Assembly: GCA_031459625.1 (NCBI GenBank)
Contig: JAVKIH010000012.1
Coordinates: 66,838-83,649 of the forward strand
DNA: 16,812 bases
From: Candidatus Geohabitans tengchongensis
GTDB lineage: Bacteria > Sysuimicrobiota > Sysuimicrobiia > Sysuimicrobiales > Humicultoraceae
Reading direction: 5' to 3'
Positions within the stretch are counted from its first letter, which is position 1; each line of letters starts with the position of its first letter. Positions 1 through 9,217 of this stretch are shown here, piece by piece. The notes under the pieces are model-generated. The model did no database searches, was not told the DNA's origin, and was given only the letters and a program-made list of their open reading frames with translations. A program made the translations under genes and the position numbers.

Positions 1-429
1 CTCGGCGGCCGCCCGCTGCTCGGGGGTGGCCCCGTCGGGCGCGTGGGTGCCGGGAGCGGGCGAAGGACCGCCTGCCGGGGCGGGTGGGTGGTGGTGCCGG
101 TGCCCGTCGTCGCCGCTCTGCGCGACGGTCAGGCGGACGGTGGAGAGCGACAGGAGCCCGAGCAGGACGGTCGCGGCGACGGCCGCCGTTGCGGCCAGCA
201 CAGCCCGGCGGCGCACGGTGCTGAGGAGCAGGAGCGCGGTCGCGCCGACGACCAGGGCGATGCCCACCCCCGCCAGCGCATGCCCGGGGTTGCTCATGGT
301 GAAGACCTCCTCACGAGCGGCCAGCCCCGGATCCAGGGCGTGCAGGCGGGCATCCAGGCGGAGCCCGAGCAGGAGCGTCAGGTTTCCCAGGAAGAGCACC
401 CCCAGGGCCAGCCGCGCCATCGTGGTCAT
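1..429 (-). CDS. Hypothetical membrane protein, 5' part only (runs off the left edge)
   Basis: Own translation from ATG at 429, with GGAGGG RBS at 436-441: MTTMARLALGVLFLGNLTLLLGLRLDARLHALDPGLAAREEVFTMSNPGHALAGVGIALVVG...DDGHRHHHPPAP...ATPEQRAAAE. Three hydrophobic segments, GC3-rich codons, no stop in the window (hence absent from the ORF track). Confidence 0.75.
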   Translation of the reverse strand, partial: MTTMARLALGVLFLGNLTLLLGLRLDARLHALDPGLAAREEVFTMSNPGHALAGVGIALVVGATALLLLSTVRRRAVLAATAAVAATVLLGLLSLSTVRLTVAQSGDDGHRHHHPPAPAGGPSPAPGTHAPDGATPEQRAAAE

Positions 430-560
430 CCCGGTCCCTCCGTTCCGAAGGGGTAGACTGGAGGGGGATCGGTGCGGTTTAGCCGGCAGCGCCGGGAGGT
501 ATCCGGCCCCTGGCCGGGAGCAGGAGCGCTGGCTGAGGCCGATCCCGGAGGCGTCCGCTC

Positions 561-2723
561 GTGGCCGAACGGCTCAAGGACCAGGCCAGCCCGTACCTCC
601 GCTCCGCGGCCCACCAGCCGGTGGACTGGTATCCCTGGGGGCCGGAGGCCTTCGAGCAGGCCCGCCGCGAGGGGAAGCCCATCCTGCTGGACATCGGGGC
701 GGCGTGGTGCCACTGGTGTCACGTGATCGACCGGGAGTCGTACGATGACCCCCAGGTGGCCGCCATCATCAACCAGCACTTCATCCCGGTGAAGGTCGAC
801 CGCGACGAGCGCCCGGACGTGGACGCCCGCTACCAGCACGCGGTGCAGGCCATCGCCGGCCAGGGCGGCTGGCCGCTGACGGCCTTCCTCACGCCCGACG
901 GCCGCGTCTTCTACGGCGGGACCTACTTCCCGCCGGTGGACCAGTACGGCCGGCCGTCCTTCACCCGCCTGCTGCGCCACATCGCCCAGTACTGGGAGGA
1001 CCACCGCGAGGAGCTGCTGCGCGCCGCCGAGGAGGTCCACCAGCGCCTCGCGCCCGACCTGGCCGCCACCGCGCCCGGCGAGCTTGACCCGACACTGGTG
1101 GACCGGGCGATGGAGCAGGTGCGCCGCGCCTACGACCCGCAGCACGGCGGCTTCGGGCGCGCGCCCAAATTCCCCCACCCCACGACGCTCGAGCTGCTGA
1201 TCCGCCGGGCCTACCGCACCGGGGACGCCACGCTCACCGACATGGTCGTGCGGACGTTGGAGCAGATGGGGCGGGGGGGCGTCTACGACCAGCTGGGCGG
1301 CGGGTTCCACCGCTACAGCGTGGACGCGCGCTGGATCGTCCCGCACTTCGAGAAGATGCTCTACGACAACGCCCCGCTGCTGCGGGTCCTGGTGCAGGCG
1401 TACCGCCTGACGCAGCGGCCGTTCCTCGCCGAGCTGGCGCGCGGCACCTACCGCTACCTGACCACGGTGCTGGCCGACCGCGACCGCGGCGGGTTCTACG
1501 CCAGCCAGGACGCCGACGTGGGGCCGCACGACGACGGCGACTTCTACACCTGGACGCTCGACGAGGTGCACGCGGTCCTGCCCGACGACGAGTTCCGCGT
1601 CGCCGTGCTGCACTACGACATCGGCGAGCGCGGGGCGATGCAGCACGACCCGCGCCGGAACGTCCTGCACATCGCCCGGGACCCCGATGCCATCGCCCTG
1701 CTGACCGGGCTGCCCGAGGCGCGCGTCGTGGCCCTGCTCGCCTCCGCGCGCGAGCGGCTGGCCGCCGCACGGGCGCAGCGCCCTCGCCCCGCCGTCGACG
1801 AGACCGTCTACGCGGGGTGGAACGGCATGGCCGCCAGCGCCTGCCTGGAGGCCTCCGTGGGGCTGGGCATCGAGGAGGCGCGCGAGCTCGCCCTGCGGGC
1901 CCTGGACCGGGTCCTGGCGGAGGCCTACCGGCCGGGCGTCGGCGTGGCGCACCGCGTGGCCCCCGCCGGACCGGCCCACTTTGGCCTGCTGGACGACCAG
2001 GTGCACGTGGCCGCCGCCTGCCTCGACGCCTTCGAGGTCACCGGGCGGGCGCGCTACCTCGAGGTGGCCCGCGACCTGGCGGAGGTGGTGCTGCGCGAGC
2101 ACGAGCACCCGTCCGGCGGGTTCGTGGACGTGGCTCGCTCGGTGGCCGAGGCCCGCGCGCAGGACGAGCCCGTGCTCGCGGCGGTGAACAAGCCGATCCA
2201 GGACTCCCCGACCCCGTCGGCCAACGGCGTGGCCGTCCTGGTGCTGAACCGCCTCAGCCGGCTCCTGGACGAACCTCGCTACCGCCAGGCGGCGGAGCGC
2301 ACGCTGCGGGCCTTCGCCGGCGTGCTGGCCGACTTCGGACTGTACGCTTCCACCGCGGTGATCGCCCTGGACGACTTCCTCCACGAGCCGGCCCACGTGG
2401 TGGTGGTGGCCGCCGGCCGGGACGGCGCGGGCTCCCCAGCTGCAGCCAGCCCGCCGGCGGATGCCCTGGTGGCAGGCGGTCCGCCGGTGGATGCCCTGGC
2501 GGCAGCCCTCCACGACCGGGCGCTGCGGACCTTCCGTCCGGACAAGATCGTCACGCTCGTGACGTCCGACGGGAACGGTGCGATCCTGCCGGCGCCGGTG
2601 CGCGCCATGGTGGCGGCGGCGACGGGGACGCGGGCCTACGTGTGCGCGGGGACAGCCTGCGCCCCTCCCACCGCCGATCCCGACGAGCTGGCTCAGCTCA
2701 TCGAGGGCTTTGGGCGAAGCTAG
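561..2723 (+). CDS. Thioredoxin domain-containing protein, YyaL/SSP411 (DUF255) family, with C-terminal six-hairpin glycosidase-like region
   Basis: Family motifs SPYLRSAAHQPVDWYPWG, WCHWCHV, KVDRDERPDVD, GGWPLT, GGFGRAPKFP, GGGFHRYSVD, PHFEKMLYDNA, PSAN, AYVC..C. GGAGG RBS at 548-552 before GTG. Confidence 0.93.
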   Translation: MAERLKDQASPYLRSAAHQPVDWYPWGPEAFEQARREGKPILLDIGAAWCHWCHVIDRESYDDPQVAAIINQHFIPVKVDRDERPDVDARYQHAVQAIAGQGGWPLTAFLTPDGRVFYGGTYFPPVDQYGRPSFTRLLRHIAQYWEDHREELLRAAEEVHQRLAPDLAATAPGELDPTLVDRAMEQVRRAYDPQHGGFGRAPKFPHPTTLELLIRRAYRTGDATLTDMVVRTLEQMGRGGVYDQLGGGFHRYSVDARWIVPHFEKMLYDNAPLLRVLVQAYRLTQRPFLAELARGTYRYLTTVLADRDRGGFYASQDADVGPHDDGDFYTWTLDEVHAVLPDDEFRVAVLHYDIGERGAMQHDPRRNVLHIARDPDAIALLTGLPEARVVALLASARERLAAARAQRPRPAVDETVYAGWNGMAASACLEASVGLGIEEARELALRALDRVLAEAYRPGVGVAHRVAPAGPAHFGLLDDQVHVAAACLDAFEVTGRARYLEVARDLAEVVLREHEHPSGGFVDVARSVAEARAQDEPVLAAVNKPIQDSPTPSANGVAVLVLNRLSRLLDEPRYRQAAERTLRAFAGVLADFGLYASTAVIALDDFLHEPAHVVVVAAGRDGAGSPAAASPPADALVAGGPPVDALAAALHDRALRTFRPDKIVTLVTSDGNGAILPAPVRAMVAAATGTRAYVCAGTACAPPTADPDELAQLIEGFGRS
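2451..2505 (+). repeat. In-frame imperfect direct repeat (25 bp x2, 30-bp period) inside the YyaL-like gene
   Basis: ccgccggcggatgccctggtggcag (2451-2475) vs ccgccggtggatgccctggcggcag (2481-2505), 2 mismatches; encodes PPADALVAGG/PPVDALAAAL. Confidence 0.8.
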
Positions 2724-2791
2724 CGACCGCCAGCCGAATCCTTCCCTCGCCTGCGCAGGGACCGCCGCGCCCCCGTGAGCCGCATCCGTCC

Positions 2792-4782
2792 GTGAGCTAC
2801 GTCCGGCTGAAGCACGCCCTCTCCACCCTCGTCCTGGAGACGATCACGCTGCCGCCCGGACGGCGCGTCCTGCCCTGGCTGCGCGCCTTCGTCGCCCTCT
2901 CCCCCTCGGGCGGCCCGGTGTCGATTGAGGCGCTGGAGCAGGTTCCGGCTCCGATAGAAACGGCAAGGACGGCGCCGCTAGAGGGACAGGAGCAGCGAGA
3001 CTCGGCGCACGGTCCGACGGAAGCGCGCGCGGAGCCCCTGGTTGCCGGCGAGGCCATCTCACTCCGCGAGGCGGTGGAACGGCTGCAGGCCCTCGGCCTC
3101 GTGGTCACCGCCGACGGGACCGTCGCCCTGCCCCCGGCGTTCCGGCCGCACGCCCCCTACTTCGTCGAGCGGGTAGCCCGTCTGGCCGACGCCGTGGAGG
3201 CGCTGGACGCCGTCGCCGGGCTGTGGCGCCGGGAGGACCTCCAGGCGGCGCTGCTGCGCGGCGTCATCCTCTTCAACGCCGGGCTCTACTTCGAGTGCCA
3301 CGAGTACCTGGAGGAGGTCTGGCGCCACCGCGCGCCGCCCGGCGACCGCGACTTCTACCAGGGGATCATCCAGGTGGCCGCCGCCTTCTACCACTTCGAG
3401 AAGGGCAACCAGTTCGGCGCCCGGCGGTCGTTGGAGAAGGCCCTGCCGCGGCTGGAACGCTACCGACCGGCGCACCTCGACATCGACGTCGAGGCCCTCC
3501 TGGCGGCGCTGCAACCGTGGCAGGAACGCTTCCGCACCCCCGAGCCCGGCCGGCCGATCGCTCCGCCCGACCGGCCCCGCATCGTGCTGCTGTCAGAGGG
3601 CCGGCACGCCCCCCACGGAAGCACCACCTCCGCGGCCCGGCCGTCCGCCACGGTAGCGCCGTTCCTCGACCGCCTCGTGGCAACATTGCGCGAGCAGGGC
3701 TACGTCAGGTCACCACGCGTCGAACAGGCTTTCCGCAGCGTCCCCCGCCACCTCTTCCTCCCCCACGTCGCGATGGAGGTGGCGTACAGCGAGGAGGCCG
3801 TGGTCACCCGGCGCGACCCCTCGGGGATGCCCATCAGTTCCTCCAGCATGCCCGCCATCATGGCGGCCATGCTCGAGCAGCTCGATGTCCGGCCCGGGCA
3901 CCGCGTCCTGGAGATCGGTGCGGGGACCGGCTACAACGCGGCGCTCCTGGCCGCGCTGGCCGGACCGACAGGGCGCGTGACCACGGTGGACCTCGACGAG
4001 GACATCGTGCAGGAGGCGCGGGCCCACCTGGCGGACGCGGGCTTCGCCGCGCAGGTCGTCTGTCGGGACGGCTGGCTCGGGGTCGAGGAGGACGCCCCCT
4101 TCGACCGGATCGTGGCGACCGTCGGCGTCTGGGATCTCTCACCGCACTGGGTTGAACAATTGCGCGAAGGAGGCGTGCTGGTCATCCCCTCTGGCTGCGT
4201 GCCGGACTGCAGGCCTCGGTGGTGCTGCGGAAGGAGGAAGGGTGGCTGCGCAGTCTGAACCTGGAGCCCTGCGGTTTCATGAGGCTGCGGGGGCCGCACC
4301 GGGGGCCGGAGGAGTACGTGAAGGTGGGGGAGTGGTTCGCGGCGGCCGACGAACCGACGGCTGAATGGGTGGACGCCCTGCGGGTGGTGCTGGCTCTTCC
4401 CCCGCGCACCCTGCCGGCGCCCGCCATCGGCTGGGCGTGGGCGAATGCGCTCCTGCTCGGTGCGCCCGGGGCGGTGAACCTCTCCAGGCAGGACGACTGG
4501 CGGCGGAGCCTGATCGGCATCTTCGACCCGGCCGCCCCGAGCCTGGCGGCCGTCGAGCGGGCGCCCGGGGTAGAGCCGCAGGTGGTGGTCTACGGCACGG
4601 AGGCGGCGCTGGAACAGCTCCGGGAGACGTTCGGGCGGCCCGGGGTGGCACTGCGCCAACTCAGGATCGAGGCCGTGCCTGCCGGAACGAGCCCGCCTGC
4701 GGGACCCTCCGACGGGGAGACACCGCTGGCGGTGTTCAAGCGACCTCACTTCACCCTCGTCATTGCCAGGGGCTCCACCTGA
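2792..4782 (+). CDS. DUF309 domain fused to a protein-L-isoaspartate O-methyltransferase-like domain with C-terminal extension; frameshifted at 4186-4189 (pseudogene or sequence error)
   Basis: Probable GTG start at 2792 (VSYVRLKHAL). DUF309 motifs GVILFNAGLYFECHEYLEEVW and FYQGIIQVAAAFYH (~3260-3590). No stop before PIMT motifs AFRSVPRHLFLP, SSSSMPAIMAAMLEQL, VLEIGAGTGYNAALLA, APFDRIVAT, QLREGGVLVIP. Adding one C to the CCCC at 4186-4189 joins the 4219..4782 ORF (IPLWLRAGLQASVVLRK...CGFMRLRG), giving ~663 aa. Confidence 0.78.
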
Positions 4783-4899
4783 GTCCACCTTGTGGACTAT
4801 CTGGCAGCACGGGAGCGGATCGCGATGCGGCTCCACCACCATCCCAATTCGGCCGGGCTATGCGGGTCTTCCGAGGAACCGGGGATGACGAGTAGGTGG

Positions 4900-4993
4900 T
4901 GGCGGAGGGGGCGGGATTTGAACCCACGGCTCGGCTTCTAACCGAGCCCCGGTTAGCAACCGGGTGCCTTGGACCAGGCTCGGCCACCCCTCC
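4900..4993 (-). tRNA. tRNA-Ser (anticodon GCT)
   Basis: Reverse complement folds as a cloverleaf: acceptor GGAGGGG/CCCCTCC, discriminator G, encoded CCA; anticodon arm CCCGG-TTGCTAA-CCGGG; long variable arm GCTCGGTT-AGA-AGCCGAGC; T arm GTGGG-TTCAAAT-CCCGC. Confidence 0.96.
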
Positions 4994-5004
4994 GCAACGA
5001 TGCT

Positions 5005-5013
5005 ATCTTACCA
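5005..5013 (-). promoter_or_regulatory. Putative extended -10 promoter for tRNA-Ser
   Basis: Minus strand TGGTAAGAT (TGn + TAAGAT), ending 11 nt upstream of the tRNA 5' end, in a locally AT-rich patch. Confidence 0.55.
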
Positions 5014-5210
5014 TAAACTTCCTGCCGCGCTGGCCCCGCAGGCATTGACCCGCCACCATCTCCCGCCTGTACCCTGGAGTGCAGAGGGACTTCCCCCGCC
5101 CCGTCGAAGGACGCCGGGAAGCCGCCTGGGTCGCCACCGGCGGCTCGCGCGCGTCTCCGGGACGGCGGCCCGGGCGCGCGGGAAGACCACACGACCGGAG
5201 GGAGCACAGC

Positions 5211-7154
<1,944 letters not shown>

Positions 7155-7174
7155 AGGGGTCGGCACTCCAGGCT

Positions 7175-7213
7175 CTCGAGGTTGAGCGTCCGGGGCGGAC
7201 GCTTGCGCTCGAG
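7175..7213 (+). terminator. Hairpin after the ligase stop (possible terminator or stability element)
   Basis: AGCGTCCG-GGG-CGGACGCT (7185-7203), flanked by CTCGAG on both sides. No adjacent U-tract. Confidence 0.3.
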
Positions 7214-7251
7214 GCCATCCTGCGAAGAGCTCTTTTGGGGAGGATCCTCCC

Positions 7252-7971
7252 ATGTCGTCTGGCGTGCGGCGAATTCGCGGCCTCAATCTGCGAGTAACCA
7301 ATCTTCGTCGCTCTGTAGAGTTCTACACAGAGACGTTGCACCTCCAGGTAGAAGGCAGCTTCGGTCGGGAGGCCTTTCTCCGATGGTCTGATGGCGAGGA
7401 TTTCTTGGGTTTGTTTGCACGCCAGACTGCTGGCCTGCATCACATTGAGCTCCGGCTCTTTGCTCCAAATGCGGACACTGCGCTGGCCGATCTCGCGCAA
7501 CGGAGACTCTTACCCTTTGTCAGAAAACTCGGGAGCACCAGCATGGCGCCCCAGGTGCTGAAAAGGCGATTCGCCGAAGACGTTGAGGTAGTCAGGCCTC
7601 TCCTGGAGACCCCGCTGTTCGTCGAAGTCTCCGATCCGGACGGCCGTTCGATTGAGCTGGTCTATCTCTATCCAGATCGGACCGTGCGGGAGACGCCGGG
7701 GCTCCTGGAAATCGAAGTCGCCTCGTCACGCCCCGATCGGCTCAAGCTCTTCTACCAGCAGGTCGGTTTCGGCGTATGCGACGACGTATTGGTCGCGGCC
7801 AGCGGCCAGAGGTTGCGACTTCGACCAGGTGAGCGGCCTGAATATGTTCGCGCCACAGTTGTGGTCAGTGCGGCGGTCATCGAAGGGCTCTCGGCAGTCA
7901 ACACACTGGAGGGGACCTTAGCGAGGGTCCGCGATCCGGACGGCCACGAGTGGCTACTCTATTCGGCATAG
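7252..7971 (+). CDS. VOC/glyoxalase superfamily protein (two-domain)
   Basis: GGGAGGA RBS. Motifs LNLRVTNLRRSVEFYTETL, GLHHIEL, VSDPDGRSIEL and a second module ending VRDPDGHEWLL. Many A/T-ending codons. Confidence 0.8.
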   Translation: MSSGVRRIRGLNLRVTNLRRSVEFYTETLHLQVEGSFGREAFLRWSDGEDFLGLFARQTAGLHHIELRLFAPNADTALADLAQRRLLPFVRKLGSTSMAPQVLKRRFAEDVEVVRPLLETPLFVEVSDPDGRSIELVYLYPDRTVRETPGLLEIEVASSRPDRLKLFYQQVGFGVCDDVLVAASGQRLRLRPGERPEYVRATVVVSAAVIEGLSAVNTLEGTLARVRDPDGHEWLLYSA

Positions 7972-8068
7972 CCCTCTCTCCGCCAAGGCGCCTACTCCCC
8001 CACAGCGTGTCCGGAGGTGATGAGCACCGCCACTCGCCAGCAGATTCCACTGCCAGGCGTGCACCGAC

Positions 8069-8221
8069 CTGATGCGGCGCGCGTCGACATCGACGTGCTG
8101 GCCTGCCCTCGCTGTGGCGGCCGCATGAGCCTCACCGCGACCATCGATCTCCCAGGTCATCCACACGATCCTCGCGCACCTGGGGCTTTCGACGGAGATC
8201 TCCCGCCCCGACGCACCCTAG
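8069..8221 (+). mobile_element. Degenerate C-terminal fragment of an IS91/ISCR-like rolling-circle transposase
   Basis: Across two frameshifts it reads LMRRA-(F)DIDVLACPRCGGRMSLTATID-(x)QVIHTILAHLGLSTE, matching the Zn-ribbon C-terminus I recall for this family (..KRVFxIDxxxCPxCGGxMxxIAxIxDPxVIxxILxHLGL). No HUH catalytic part seen. Confidence 0.7.
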
Positions 8222-8372
8222 CCCCCCTCCGGCCGGCTCCGTGGGCCTCATGAGGGACCTGCTGGTCTGACCGCCGGCCACGTGGCCCGTCGGTGCGCCT
8301 GCGGGCGTGCCTCGTGCCGTCTCCTGGTTGGGCACCCCTCCTTCCAATCCGAGAGAGCTCCCTTCATGCACT

Positions 8373-8432
8373 CTATCATGGGAAGCTCTCTCAGACGCGC
8401 AGCTATCATGGGAGACTCCCTCAGACGCGCAG
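8373..8432. repeat. Tandem duplication, 2 x 30 bp
   Basis: ctatcatgggaagctctctcagacgcgcag / ctatcatgggagactccctcagacgcgcag; 27/30 identical, no spacer. Confidence 0.88.
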
Positions 8433-8449
8433 CAGCGGTCGGGCGCTCG

Positions 8450-8690
8450 GCATCGTTGCTCTCCTCTCCCTAGCAGGAGGACTCCAGGGCCAAGGGCCAA
8501 AAGGCCCTCTATGGTGCCTATGCTCCTACGATCCCGCCCGGGACCGGGGCGCCTCGGTCGTTGCCGACCCGCGCGACCCCGGCACCGATCTCGTCTATTA
8601 GCTCTGGTTGATTGGGGAAGGGCAGCCGGTCAGCGCCGCGGCCTCTTCGGTCCTGCCCCGGCTGGGCAGTACGCCGCGCAGTCCGTCGAG
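8450..8690 (+). pseudogene. Remnant of an RskA-like anti-sigma factor C-terminal domain
   Basis: Reads YDPARDRGASVVADPRDPGTDLVY*LWLIGEGQPVSA/GLFGPAPAG. TAG at 8599-8601 sits at the Q of the YQLWLI..G.PVSAG.F signature, and a frameshift follows near 8638. Boundaries approximate. Confidence 0.62.
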
Positions 8691-8704
8691 GGACGTGACG
8701 CAGG

Positions 8705-8983
8705 ATGATGCGGTTCGGCCTGCACAGCGGCGGACCTGACATTGCCACGATTCGAGCCCGGTGGCAGGAGGCCGACCGGCTGGGCTTCTACGCCTGTTCC
8801 ATGGCCGACCATCCGCTCTGGCATATGCTGGAGACGTGGACCGTCTTCGCGGCCGCCGCAGCCTTTACGACGCGGCTTCGCCTCTGTCTTGGCCTCGCCC
8901 TCGTCTTTGTGCTTCTTCATGGCATTGAGCCCCTCGACACCATTCGGCTCTTTGCCGAAGAAGTGATACCCGCTTTCAACTGA
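8705..8983 (+). pseudogene. Internally deleted LLM-class (luciferase-like, possibly F420-dependent) oxidoreductase
   Basis: LLM N-terminus (MRFGLH, EADRLGFYACSMADH, LETWTVFAAAAAFTTRLRL) joined almost directly to an LLM C-terminus (DTIRLFAEEVIPAF). 92 aa versus ~300 aa typical. Confidence 0.75.
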
Positions 8984-9217
8984 GGACGCTGGAGCGTCTG
9001 CTCCGTGTCAGGAGGAGCAGCATGGCCCTTCTTCTATCCTGCGGACGAGCAGAAGCGTGTCTGGCTGGGTGGGATTCGACGAGCGGGGAGGCCCGGCGAT
9101 CGCCCTTTGGTCGGAGGACGGCCACCTGACTTACCACGCCCCAAAGGGGGCCGAACTCGTGTAACAATTTTTTAGCGAAGACTACAGGGGGCGTCCGTAA
9201 GGCATGGGGGGAGTTCA

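Noticed and set aside
426..2513. Long antisense ORFs (426..2513, 4953..6839, 12954..14156, 14255..16327) and Arg/Pro/Gly-rich alternate-frame ORFs
   Set aside because: Shadow frames of well-supported high-GC genes; no recognisable motifs.
1817..2791. N-terminal extension of the 813-aa ORF
   Set aside because: Out-of-frame overlap with the YyaL-like gene and low-complexity translation. The real start is probably GTG 2792.
4900..4993. Possible tRNA-Sec or suppressor tRNA because of the long variable arm
   Set aside because: Anticodon GCT, 7-bp acceptor stem and G discriminator indicate an ordinary tRNA-Ser.
5045..5075. TTGACC...TACCCT promoter for the ligase gene
   Set aside because: 19-bp spacing and weak -10; not supportable.
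8373..8432. Possible CRISPR array
   Set aside because: Only two abutting units, no spacers, no cas genes.
9062..9080. tggctgggtgggattcgac resembles a reverse-complement tRNA 3' end (possible att site)
   Set aside because: Match to the tRNA-Ser end is short and gapped; compatible with chance.
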